From: Ministeria vibrans ATCC 50519
Taxonomy: Eukaryota > Protista > Filasterea
DNA length: 40,720 nucleotides
Reading direction: 5' to 3'
Assembly (NCBI GenBank): GCA_943704425.1
Contig: CALSCP010002424.1
Span: 37,476-78,195 of the forward strand
Made by a program: the position numbers and the translations under genes. The notes below the pieces were generated by a model, which did not search any database, was not told where the DNA came from, and was given only the letters and a program-made list of their open reading frames with translations. Shown here piece by piece: positions 23,738 to 38,014 of this stretch (position 1 is the first letter of the stretch; every line of letters starts with the position of its first letter).

Positions 23738-26700
23738 CTGACTCTTGCTTGTAGTTGTCGCAGGAGGAGAGTGTCGCAAGCAAGGATGGCTCGACGCAGA
23801 ACAGTATTGGAGGTCTCGTTGCTCCAGCACCTCAATTGACTTCTACAACAGCTGCAACAGCATCCTTTACTTCATTACTAACGAACACTGTCGCTGCAGC
23901 ACCCTCTCCCGCTAGTACTATCAGCACGACCAGCAAAACATCCTTGTTTTCATTGCTTTTGAAACGCTCTCATTCGGTCACTTCCGTCACGGACAATTTG
24001 CCCTCCTCTTCCTCTTCAGGTGGACTTGTTGCCCCACCTAGATCACCAACTCTTTCTTCTCAATCACATAACCACGGCGACTACGACTGCGACGACAACG
24101 ACGATATTGACATGCACGAAGCGTACCAAGGCAGCTATGACTGCGCCACAATGGAAGAGAGTCCCGACTACGGGCATGACCCAAATGACTGCGACGACGA
24201 TGGCTACGACGACAACGACAACTACGACAACGTCGACTACAATGCTTTTGATTCCTACTACGACGACGAACACGACAATGACAACAACGACGACAACGTC
24301 CACGACCTTTCCTCCGACCCTCTTTGCTTTGTACTGCCACCACCTTCTTCTTCTCGCTCACGCACGCTGCGGTTTGCCGGCATGCCCGAACCATCGCTCG
24401 AACCGACGATACGCAAACGAGAGCGGAACGATTCGGACGACGACGAGTTAGGGGGCGAGTACCGTGGCGGCAAGGGCAAAACAGAGCGGAAGACGACGAC
24501 AAAGCGAGAGCGCGACGAGGGACTCGTATCCAAGTACGGTCTTGTGAGTGCCAACTTTGTGCGTATGGACTTGCGCAAACGCTCGTTTCGTGGTGGACGT
24601 GGCGGGCGAGGTGGACGCTTTTCGAAGATTCCTGGATGGAAGCATGGTGTCAGGACGGGCAAGTCGCGCGGTGGTGGGTCTGCGTCGCAGAAGAAGAAGG
24701 CGAAGCAATCGCACGGTGCTGCTGGTGATGGGGTGTTTGAAGACGACGATGATGTGGTGTCGGCTGTGCCCCGTCGCTACGGTCTCACTGCCGACGAAGA
24801 CGACGATGGCATGCAGCAGGAACCGGCTCCTGAGGAGTTGCAGTCGTCCCTTGCCGTTCTTTCGGTGCCCACCATGACTCTCTTGCCCGCCACAAGCACA
24901 AGCACAAGCACAAGCACAAGCACAACAAGCACAAGCACAAGCACAACAAGCACAACAAGCACAAGCACAAGTACAAGCACGAATGCTATTCATTGTGTGG
25001 AGCGAGTCACGGTGGAACCCAAGGTACTGGCTGAGCTGGACGCGGACCAGTTGCGCAAGGCCTTGAAAGAGCTGTACAAGTTTAAGGATTTCCGCGAAGG
25101 GCAGTTGGACGCCGTGGAGCGTGTTGTAGCGGGCCGCTCGACGATGGTGGTGCTCAGTACGGGCGCAGGCAAGTCGTTGTGCTATCAGCTACCAGCCTTT
25201 GTGTTTGGGTCGCGCATGCATTGTGTCACCCTTGTGGTGTCGCCCTTGGTTTCACTCATGCAAGACCAAGTGTCGCGCCTGCCCCGCGGTCTCACCGGTG
25301 ACTTTTTCCACTCGGGCCAGAGCCGCACAGAGCGCGAGAAGATTGTGACGGGCTTGCGTGCGGGTCGCATCAAGATTCTTTACGTGTCGCCCGAGACACT
25401 CTGCAGTGAGTCATTTCTATCGCTGCATCGCTCGGGTGCCCTTCCGCCCGTTGTTCTTGGCTGTGTCGACGAGGCGCACTGCGTGAGCGAGTGGTCTCAC
25501 AACTTTCGTCCAGCCTACCTGCGCGTCCACCGTGTCATGCGTGACCAGTTGGGTTGTCGCTCGGTGCTTGGCCTGACAGCAACCGCCACCGCCGCCTGTC
25601 TTACGTCGGTCATGCAACAACTCCAGATTGCGGATGAGGATCTCATTAAGGGTTCGCCCATGCCACGCAATTTGGTTCTGACTGCGTCGATGGACACTGA
25701 TCGACGTCACGGCGTGCTCACGTTGCTCAAGTCGGCGCCCTTTCAAGGTGCCTGCATCATTTACGTGGCACGTCAGGCGCAGGCCAACGAAGTTGCTGCG
25801 CACCTCCGTACCGTCGGCAAGATTGATGCGAGTGCGTATCATGCGGGGCTCAATGCGCGTGAACGACGGGGCATCCAGACGCGCTTTATGAGTGGCACCA
25901 CGCGCGTGATTGTCGCAACCATTGCCTTTGGAATGGGACTCGACAAGAGCAACGTGCGCAGCGTCATTCACTATTCGCTTCCGCGTTCCATCGAGTCGTA
26001 TGTGCAGGAGGTGGGTCGCGCGGGACGAGACGGCCAAGAGGCGCGCTGTCACGTCTTCTTGGCGACCGAGGATTTCCACAAGCTGCGCACTCATGCGTTT
26101 GGTGCAAACACCGATGCGCCCACAGTTCGTCGGTTGCTCTCATTGCTCTATGGGCGCAAAGGTGAGAAGATGGCGGTGATGCGTGGTGGTGGTGGTGGTG
26201 GTGGTGGTGGTGGCAATGTGGAAGGGCACTTTGTGGCGATTGATTTGGATGCAGTTGAGTTGGACCTGGATTGTCGACGCGAAGTCATTACGACGGTTTT
26301 GTCGTACCTCGACGGTGCCGGAGAGGTCACAATGTTGCCACAGATTCAGCGAACGGCGCTGGTGCGCTATCGACAGCGACAGACGAGCACGGCCGATGCG
26401 GGAGCGGAGCCGGTGCTGCAGGCAGTGGGGCGGGTGGGCACGTCGGAGGGTGACCGCACACGCGTGGACATGGCACACCTGGCGAACGAGCTTGGGGCGG
26501 ACGTGCGCACGGCACGACGACAACTTGAAGCGGCCGTCAATGACGGGATTATCTCAGTGGAGTACAATGGCTGGTCACCACTGGTGCGCGTACACAAGGC
26601 ACAGCCACCCACGGGTCTGCACGTGGCCATTTCGCGCAAACTGGTACGACTGCAGCGCCTGCAGTTGAGCAAGTTGGACGCGGTGCACGAGTTGTTCCGC

Positions 26701-27147
26701 GAAGCGATTGGCTCAGAGAGTCTTTCGAGTCGCCAGTTGCACTGTATCGGAACGAATGGCGAGCGATGTGCCGATGTGCGTACGGCCATGAGCGATTTGA
26801 TTCGTGCGGGCGTGTTTGCCTACTTTGACGCGAAGCCTGATGACGACGAGAGTGGCGGAGGCAATGACGACGACAATGTGAACGAGGACGACGACGATAG
26901 CGGTGTCAAGTCGGGGTTGCGAAAGGATCAGGAGCTTGCTCTGGAACGCGACATCCACTCGTTTATTGTGACAAACGGCGCACAGGTGCCCTCGTCGCTG
27001 GCGGTGGCGCGCATTTTCCAGGGTATTCAGAGTCCGCGCTACTCGGCGCTTGACTGGTACCGCCAACCTATGTGGGGGCGCTATGTCGACGTTGACTTTC
27101 GCTGGTTGCTTTGTGCTGTGCGTCGAGCGCGTCTCACCAAAGTGTAG
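23142..27147 (+). CDS. RECQL4: RecQ4 helicase with Sld2-like N-terminus; 3 exons
   Basis: N-terminus MDELRLQLKRFEAEF...PTREEVKAMPEI-YALYREYR (Sld2/RECQL4). NFVRMDLRK, TGAGKSLCYQLP, DEAHCVSEWSHNFRPAY, ATIAFGMGLDK, QEVGRAGRDG, AVARIFQGIQSPRY. Confidence 0.95.
23648..23735. repeat. (GT)n microsatellite in RECQL4 intron 2
   Basis: Direct inspection. Confidence 0.95.
24892..24981 (+). repeat. Coding (ACAAGC)n repeat encoding a Thr/Ser tract in RECQL4
   Basis: Direct inspection. Confidence 0.9.
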
Positions 27148-27344
27148 ATATTATTTATGATTGTTGTAATTACCTTTTTGAGCTTGTAATTAAAATAATA
27201 CTATTGGCATAAGTCATAATGAAAGATGAGAAAATCGCCAGTGTTTGAAAATGGGGGCAATTTGGGATTGAATGTTCTTGACTAAATTTCTTTCAGACTT
27301 CAGTTCACTCACTGAAACTGATTCTTTTGCAAAAAACAAAAAAC

Positions 27345-29352
27345 ATGACACAACGCGAAGAACGGGACTCTATGGGCACCGTTATGGTTGACTCGACGCG
27401 GCTGTGGGGCGCCCAAACGCAGCGATCGCTCGAATTCTTTTCGATTGGCACTGAACACTTTCCTCGCGGTATGGATCAAAGCCAGCGCGCCTGCTTCGTC
27501 CATGTAGTGCGTGCCAACTGATGTAAATGCATGATGGGTGTAGAGATGATCCGGGCTCTTGGAATCCTCAAAAAGGTGTCAAACAGCGATGGGACAACCT
27601 CGCACTGATCGCTGAGCCTTTGTGTGTGTGTGTCTCTCTCTAGGCGGCGGCTCTGGCCAATGGCGAGCTGGGGCTGCTACCCAACGAGCGCGTGGACTTG
27701 ATTGTGCGTGCGGCAGACGAGGTTATTGCGGGGGAGCTGGACGAGCACTTTCCGCTGTTTGTGTGGCAGACGGGGTCGGGCACACAGACCAACATGAACA
27801 CCAACGAAGTGATTGCGAACCGCGCAATCCAGCTGGCGGGCGGTGTTCTTGGCTCCAAGACACCCATTCACCCCAACGATCACGGTGAGGGTTTCAAAGG
27901 GAGCGATTGAGGCTAAACTGATGTTTTGTGCAATAGTCAACTTTGGACAGTCGTCCAATGACACGTTTCCCACTGCAATGCACATTGCAGTGGCTGAGTC
28001 TGCCCAAGTAAGTAGAAAAAGAAAGAAGAAGTAGACAAGCAAATTTAATGGAGAGGGGTGTAGAAACTGCGGGCGGAACTGGTCGCAATGCAGACACAAC
28101 TGGAGAAGCACAGTTCGGATTGGGGGCACATTGTGAAGATTGGACGGACACACTTGATGGATGCGACGCCACTGACAGTGGGGCAAGAGTGGAGTGCGTA
28201 TGCGGAGCAGATGCGAAAGGGCATTGAGCGACTTGACAGTGCGCTCGCGGGAGTGTATGAGTTGGCATTAGGTATACTGCGTGTATATGTGTGTAGCGTG
28301 TCATAAATATGCTATGCGTAGGAGGAACTGCGGTTGGCACTGGGCTTAACACACACTGTGAGTATGCCGAGAGAGGCGCAGCAGTCATTGCGCGTCTCAC
28401 TGGTCTGCCCTTTCGCACTGGTACTGAAAAATTACTCCAACCGATTTAGCAGAGAAACTTGTATTAATTATTGTGTGGGGATTTCAGCTGTGAATAAGTT
28501 TGAGGCACTGGGGAGCAATGATGGACTGGTGTTTGTGCACGGAGCACTTAAGACGATTGCGTGTGGGCTGATGAAGATGGCCAATGATGTGCGACTGTTG
28601 GGCAGTGGACCACGCTGTGGATTGGGAGAAGTACACACAAACAGAGAGAGAGAGAGAGAGGAGAGAGAGGAGAGAGAGGAGAAAGTAGCAAAGTGACAGA
28701 GAGAAGAAGAAGAAGAAGAAGAAGAAGAAGAAGAAGAAGAAGAAGAAGAACAAAAGGATAGAATAAGAAACAAAGGATTGACACACTTTTGTTTGTAGTT
28801 GACTCTGCCCTCGAATGAGCCTGGCTCGTCGATCATGCCGGGCAAAGTGAACCCGACGCAGAGCGAAGCACTGACAATGGTCTGTGCTCAAGTGCTGGGC
28901 AATGATACTGCAGTCAATGTGGGCGGTGCCAGTGGCCATTTGCAGCTCAATGTGTTCCGTCCGATGATGCTATTGAATGTGTTGCAGTCCCTGCGCCTTT
29001 TGACCGATGCGTCGTCCAATTTCCGTCGGTTTTGTGTTCAAGGTACGTCTCCTGTGACATGATAACATGTTTTGTCACAATATATATATTATATAATTAT
29101 ATATTATTTTAATTTTTTTTAGGGATTGTTCCGAACGAGGAAAACATCAGTGCGCATTTGCGCAACTCACTCATGCTCGTCACTGCACTCAACCGCCACA
29201 TTGGCTACGACAGCGCCGCGCGCATTGCCAAAAAGGCCCATGCTGAGGGGACAACACTGCGTGAGGCTGCAGAGGCACTGGGATTGGTCACGCCCGATCA
29301 GTTTGATCAGTGGGTTGTGCCTGTCGACATGACTCATCCCTCCACTGAATGA
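27345..29352 (+). CDS. fumC: Class II fumarate hydratase (FumC type), no N-terminal presequence; about 9 exons
   Basis: [60 protein letters not shown], signature [27 protein letters not shown]. Confidence 0.95.
28703..28750. repeat. (GAA)n microsatellite in a fumarase intron
   Basis: Direct inspection. Confidence 0.9.
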
Positions 29353-29725
29353 AAAACACCGAAATCTTGTCGGATCCTGCCCGATCTTGCGCCCACACAA
29401 TCACAGCATACACTACTTGTATGCTGTTTTAAGAACCAATGTGTTATATTCAACCGTCGTGTGGACGTGCGGTGTGACGTGAATGAGTAAATCCCGATCA
29501 CTCAAGTTGAGTCGGGCCCTCGAAGAAAAACACCCCTGCGCACCGCAACACTCTCTACGTTTAGTCCACAAACCAACTTCCAAGTGTACCCTTTAGATCG
29601 CAGCTTGAAATTCCCTTGATTCGACCCACAGTCTTGCTCTAAGCAAAACCTACTATTCAAACCTATTCACCTCAACTCACTCCAAAGTCTAAACAGTCAG
29701 TCAAACTTTTGTTCCTCCTCTCAAA

Positions 29726-31442
<1,717 letters not shown>

Positions 31443-31827
31443 ACACACACACCTCACGCCCACCTCACTCACCCACACGCCACTCACACCTCACTCACAC
31501 ACGTCACTCACTTCACATCATTTTCTTTGTGTGTTCCCCATTTTTCTTTTGGTGTTCTTTCGATTTTGTTTTGGTGTGTTTTCCCTTTTATATTATTTTG
31601 CGTCGTTTTTATTTGTAACATTTAAACGCGTGGTGTCTTCGTGTACCTGGGTCCTGTTCGACCTCAAATACAACAACCACTCACGTACTATTTCGAAACA
31701 ATCAATAACATAAAGTTCAAGAAAATAATAAGAATAAGAAACTTCGTCATAGTTAAAAATTTTAATATTATTAATTTAATATTGTTATTGACCTCGCCGT
31801 CTGCACCTCCCCTCGCTTCCTCGGGCC

Positions 31828-34133
31828 ATGTCTGCCAAACCGTCGACGCGGCGCCAGGCGGCTGCGGCCCCTGCTGACGCCTCTTCGCCCTCATCCGCTC
31901 CATCCACTCGCCGATCCGCCTCAGGCATCCACCCTCGCCCGCCCCAGCGCCTCCAAGTCCCTCCGTCCCCTCCGCCGCCTGTTTTTGACATGGTATGTGT
32001 TCATTTGTGTTACCTTTATGTTTGAAGTGTTTTGTGTCTCTTTCTCTTTTCGCCGCTCTGCTGTCCATCAGCCCGTATGCTCGCCCTCAACTTGCGCACC
32101 CTGGGAACAATGCATTTGTACAGTGTTTGCGTGCTCTACCGTGCTTCCTTACTCGATCTCTTTGTCATAATTCCCACATGAAAATTCAACCTTTCATTTT
32201 TTTTTTTTTTTTGAAATTTCGTCTGAAAGGGACCGGACGGGAAAGAGATCAAGCCATGCAAGTGCAAGAACAGCAAGTGCCTCAAGCTGTACTGCGACTG
32301 CTTTGCACGCGGCGTGTACTGCACGCCGGCGTGCATCTGCCACAGCTGTCACAATAACGAGCCGGTAAGATAGTGCGTCTGCTGTCATGGGCTCTGACAT
32401 GAGTGTGTGTGTATGTGTGTGTGTGTGTGTGTGTCTTGGTGTTTGTAGCACGAAGAACAGCGGCGCGACGCTGTGAACATTACACTGGAGCGCAACCCCA
32501 ATGCGTTCAAGCCCAAAGTCGAGGGAGACGGCCGTCACATCAAAGGGTGCAAATGTAAAAAGAGCAACTGCTTGAAGAAGTACTGCGAGTGCTTTCAGGC
32601 GGGTGTACCCTGCACGGACGCCTGCAAGTGCGTCGAGTGTCACAACAGCACAGACGGTGCGAAAATGGCACAGGTGCTCACTAACATGTCGCAAGACCGT
32701 CGCGCGAGCCTCGACCTCACAGCACAACAGGCAGCAACGTCGCTGGGCGCCTCCAGCACGGGCCGCGTTGAAAAGCGCCCCCCACGCCCTCGCTCCACCG
32801 GCGGTGCCTCATCACGCGCATCAACCACAGCCAAAGCAGCAAGACAACAACAACAACAACAACAGCAGCAGCAACAGCAACAACAACAACAACAACAACA
32901 GCAGCAGCAGCAGTCGGTAGCAGGCAACCCCCCTCTGATGTACCAACTGCCACCTCCCACGAACCCCCAACAACAACAACAGCATCAAGCACCCTTTCCC
33001 TCCTCCTCTGCCTCTGCTTCCGCTCCCTTCCTCCCCGCTCCCCCCTCCCCCTCTTCCCCTCTCCATTCCGACCCTTACGCTCGTCGCCACCGCCCCAACC
33101 CCCGTCGTAAGTTCTACACTCCTCCCCCTCTTCCTCCTCCTCCCCCAGCCTCCCCCCCAAAGCCAGACAGAACTCCCGCCGAAATTGTCGTAAGAATACA
33201 CAACACTATTACACCAAGTGAGTCTCATGCTCGCTGTGTGTTTTAGCGTCGTATTGACCTGACTGGTCCGTCCAGTCACAATCCCACTGGCCCCACAATG
33301 CGCGAACTCGCTGACCGTCAACTCTCAAAGTACGACTCTCCCTCACACACACACGCACACACACATGCGCAAAAACGATTGACGTCTCATTCGATATTGC
33401 GTGTTAGGTCTCCGTTTGTGCAAATTATCTCTCCTACTCTTGTTCACGATGTCTGTGAGCTACTCCTCACCAAAATACCACACACAACACAACAACAACA
33501 GACGCAACAACAGCAGCGGCAAGAACAGAAGCCAAACCAAGATGAGCGGAGCACAGATCACGCTGTGTCGAGTGTGGTCGATTCCTCAGCCACCACTGAC
33601 CACTCTCGTCCCTCCAAACGCGCTCGCTCTCTTCTTGAAGACGACTCCACTGCAACCCATTCTACCACCACCACCACTACTACCAGTACTACTTCTGCTA
33701 CTATTTCGACTGGGAATGGCTCTCCTGTGCCCAAGCGATTGCGTCGTGATCGTGATGAGACCAAACTGCTCTGTACTGAGTCTCCCGATCGCCTCTCTTC
33801 CTCGGACCCGTAAGAATGACCGTTCCTTTTTTGGTGTGTCTGCGTTTTTTTTCAGTCTCTATCACTTTGTTACTTACTTTCTTCCATCCCCTCTCTATTA
33901 ATTTTGTTTTTCTCTCTTCCCGCACACTCTTTTCTCTCTCTTTATCATGACTGTGATGTTACTTTGTGCGTAGTGCAAAGGAGAGTGTTTCTTCTGCTGT
34001 TTCTGCGTCCGCTGAGGTCCAGACTGAACGGGTTCTTGTCAATGAGTTTTGTACCACTGTCAAGGCTATTGTGTCCGCTGCAAACAGAACTCGCGCGACC
34101 CTTCGCGAGCGAACCTCTGTCTATGGTCTGTAA
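31828..34133 (+). CDS. LIN54: LIN54/tesmin CRC-domain protein (MuvB/DREAM DNA-binding subunit)
   Basis: Two CXC domains ([16 protein letters not shown]; [18 protein letters not shown]) joined by [10 protein letters not shown]-terminal helices [20 protein letters not shown] and [16 protein letters not shown] (last exon from about 33974 to 34133). Confidence 0.9.
32845..32913 (+). repeat. CAA/CAG polyglutamine tract in LIN54
   Basis: Direct inspection. Confidence 0.9.
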
Positions 34134-34405
34134 TCATTACAAACATTCTTTTTTTGTTGTTCATCATAAAAATTGATACACTACTCATCGGCTTTTATTA
34201 ATTTTTACTGCTGCTCTTGGTTGTATACTTATTATAGTCTTGTTTTGACATTGAGAACAGCTCAGTCAGCTCTCGATTCTCTATGAATTATTATTATTTT
34301 TATCATTGTTAATTAATGAGTTTATTCTTCTTATTATTCTTTTATTTTCTTTTAATTTCAGTATTTCACATTATTTTAATATTTTTACTCTCTCTGTCTT
34401 TGTTC

Positions 34406-35541
34406 ATGTCGAAACGGTTACGCATTCTCCACGTGTCAGATACACACTCAGACGACAATAGAATCCGGCAAGTCGTGCAGGACGTGGCGTTGCGCAAGGA
34501 AACGTACAGAAACAACGGGCAAGTTCATCGTTTAAGCAACCCACTCGGTTCTTAGAATCGACTTGGTTATCCACACGGGAGACATTGCCAATGTGAAAGG
34601 CGATGATTACACGGACGGTGACCGGCAGCTGGCGGCCGAAGGAGACGTCTCTCGCGTCCTGTCCATGTTTGAAGAGATCCCGGTCCAGTCGTATTTCATC
34701 CCTGGAAATGTGCGTGAAAACCCCACATCGCCTCGAGCAAACGGACTGAATCTTACACCCTTAGCATGATCCTTGCGGTGTGTTTGCGACGGGCGACGAG
34801 GCCAAGCGAATGTCGACACGTTCGACAAATGTACACAACTCAATAGTGCGTCTCGACGACTCGCTTGTTCTCGCTGGCTTTGGTGGAAGCGGACCTGCAT
34901 TGCGCGACGGGAAATTGCACTGGAAAGGCTACCCATTCACAACACACGACGAGATTGCTACGCCTCTGCGGTTGCTACACGAACGTCTCAAGGCAGAACT
35001 TCGCGACGATGACTCCCTAGTACTTCTCGTCCACGCTGGCCCCGACGGATTCGGTAATAGAGAGCGAGAGGAGAGGCGCGTCTTGCTTGTACTGAATGCG
35101 TGCATAGATACGTCAACCGACTACCGTGATGCAAAGAACCCCATTCACACAGGAACACCCGCAGTTCGCTCACTCCTCGAAGAAGACTTTTTGGTATATC
35201 TACAGCAGCGCGAGAAATTTGTGCATTGGTCTTAACCGATGTGTATGTATAGCAAGAGAAGGCGTTCCTATGTATGCACGGACACTCACACAACGGAGTG
35301 GGCACAAGTCATTTTAGAAACACAAAGATTGTCAACGCAGGAGCAGTCACGTCAGACACAGACACACATTGAGAGATTGAGAGAGGCACATCTAAAGCTC
35401 ACTCACTGTTCTTTCTGCAGAGATGGTCGATACGCACTGCTGACTATTGAGCAGAGCAGTGCCAGTGGAAAATGGGCTCTTACAGAAAGCACATTTGTCA
35501 CTCTACCGCCCGTTCGAGTCGCAGCAAAGAATCCAGCATAA
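34406..35541 (+). CDS. Calcineurin-like metallophosphoesterase; about 6 exons
   Basis: Metal motifs in order after splicing: SDTH, HTGDI, PGN|HD, LLVHAGP, HGHSH. Confidence 0.85.
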
Positions 35542-35619
35542 AAATACACACAGGAACGACATGATACATGGAGACAGTGAGAGTGCGTGTGTGTATGTAT
35601 GTATGTATGCATGAGAGAG

Positions 35620-36849
35620 CTATCGGCATTCCCAGACTTTGAGGGTCTGATCGACAGAGCCAGTGACCACAAAGGGACGCGAGCGATGAAAGGCAACGGT
35701 CGACACAAAGTGGGTGTGCGCATTGAGTGTCTTGTGACAGCGTTGGGTGCGCAGGTCCCAAATGCGCACTGTCTTGTCGTCGCTCGCACTCACAAGGTAC
35801 TTACCGCCCGGATGCACAACGATAGCGCGCACCCAATTGTCATGTCCAATCTACATGGGAGTGAGTTAGAGTGAGAAAGATACAGGGAGTGAAAGTGAGT
35901 ATTAGAGTGCGTCTTTTTTCTCGCTCTGTCGCTCTCTCTTTCTGTCTCCATCTTACGAGGTTCATGACACATTGCATTGTGGTGAGATCGTACACTTTGA
36001 TGGTGCGGTCGCGTGAACCAGATACCAGAAATGGTCCAACTGGTTTTGACGTGCTCTTCTACACACATTTTCCACGGTCAGACACACAAAAGACGTACAA
36101 CATCTAGAAGAGTTCTTTACGTCTGACGCAGCAACACCTGCACAAATGTGCTCGTTTGCAGACTCGGGGACAAACGTGACACATTCCACGACATGAGAAT
36201 GGTCAGTAAGAGCACGACTGTCGTTGGTGCCACCGCCCACGGTCCACACTCGCACAGTCTGTAGACACACATAATTTTTAGGACCTGCAATTTTGCGTGT
36301 CGTGTCTCTCTTGAGTGTACTTACGTGATCGTTTGATGCGCTGGCCAGAAGCGACCCGTCTGCGTTCACCGCGACCATTCGCACCCATTCATCGTGCCCC
36401 TCAAATGTCCGTACACAGTACCTATCAACAGCATTGTAAGCTCACCTTCCTCGATGTCTCGTCCTTTGTTTTCTTCTCTTTCTCTCGTACCCCGTTGCAA
36501 GTTCCCACAATTTGACACTGTGATCCCGCGATGCAGACGCCAAATGGTCACCGGCCGGCATAAAGCAGACGGACGATACGTTGTGGTCGTGACCTCGCAA
36601 TGTCATCGTGCACTCATATGACCCTTCAAACGACCATACTTTGACCATAAGATCGGCAGAGCACGAGGCTACATCGATGCAAAAAAAAAAGAGCAATTCA
36701 TCAATTGCACAGATCGATTTAATTTACTTCACTTCTCCTACCAAGCATCTTTCCCGTAATGTCAAATGCAACGTCGTTGACTGAGTTGGTGTGGCCCTTG
36801 AGTGTGCGTTCAAATTCGCCTCCTTCATAATCCCATACTGCGCGCCCGA

Positions 36850-36886
<37 letters not shown>

Positions 36887-37548
36887 ATTAGTCTTTGTGT
36901 GTGACTGTACATTTTCGGTTTGACGCACCTTTGATAGTTGCATCTTCACTGCTAGTGACACACAGGTTGTACACTGGATGGAAAATGACGCGGGTAATGG
37001 GCCCTCTGTGTCCGCTCATGGTGTGTCGCTCGGGCGGTCGTGGAATCCAGTCCGCTGGCGACCCTTTGCGCGTGATCCCCCCGTCCCTAATGTCCACCCG
37101 CACCTCACTCAGCTTCGTCTCAAGCTCTCCAATCTACAGCGCAGCCGAGTGCGCGCAAACAGGCAGGGATCAGGGCGCTATAGGGCACTGCGTCACTGTG
37201 GCGTTTACCTTTCGCTGCAGTCTCAGTACCGACGTCCATTTCTTCTCAAGCAGGCCGTTTGTTGACGCTGCACTCGCCCCATTGGCACTGTCCCCCACTG
37301 GCACTTCATCTGCAAACGCCGCTGCCGCTGAATTGTACCCGTTGCTTCGTAGGTAGTCCAACACTGCTCGGTTTCTTTTTTTTTTTTTCATGCGAGAGAG
37401 AGANNNNNNNNNNNNNNNNNNNNNNNNNNNNNNNNNNNNNNNNNNNNNNNNNNNNNNNNNNNNNNNNNNNNNNNNNNNNNNNNNNNNNNNNNNNNNNNNN
37501 NNNNNNNNNNNNNNNNNNNNNNNNNNNNNNNNNNNNNNNNNNNNNNNN

Positions 37549-37582
<34 letters not shown>

Positions 37583-37658
37583 GAAAAATATTTATATAAA
37601 GAAAATACAATCCCTTGTCATCTTACAACTCCTCCTTCTGTTTGTCTGAGAGCACCAT
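35620..37658 (-). CDS. PAFAH1B1: Lissencephaly-1 dynein regulator (LisH + coiled coil + WD40)
   Basis: [11 protein letters not shown]|[67 protein letters not shown], and the terminal [14 protein letters not shown]. Confidence 0.97.
37404..37548. other. Assembly gap (N145) in LIS1 intron 1
   Basis: N run in sequence. Confidence 1.
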
Positions 37659-38014
37659 ACGAGCTCAATCAGGAAAAATCAAAGAGATGAATGAATAATG
37701 TTTTTTTTCTGACTTTGTGATAAGAAGAAAAAACTTAATTCTTGGTTATGACTTATGTTGGTAGTCACTGGAAAATGGACAAATGCCGACAGTCAGGGGC
37801 TTGAATCACACCTGAATCCCATGGAAAGTTGGGTTTGTTGGTGACGGCTTCAGCTCCTCCTCTGAAGGCTCTGATCAAAGGCCAAATTCATAATGATCGA
37901 CAAAATGATTAATGAAAACCACTTGAAAGAGTTTCTTTTTTTTTTTAAATCCGACTCAATGCACCTTAAAAAAGTGAATACTCGAAAGAAACATAGTAAA
38001 ATTGAACACTCTCG

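Noticed and set aside
6078-27250. TTTGAA (CHR-like, LIN54-bound) hexamers in several spacers
   Set aside because: A very common hexamer in AT-rich DNA; absent from the RECQL4 spacer where it would be most expected.
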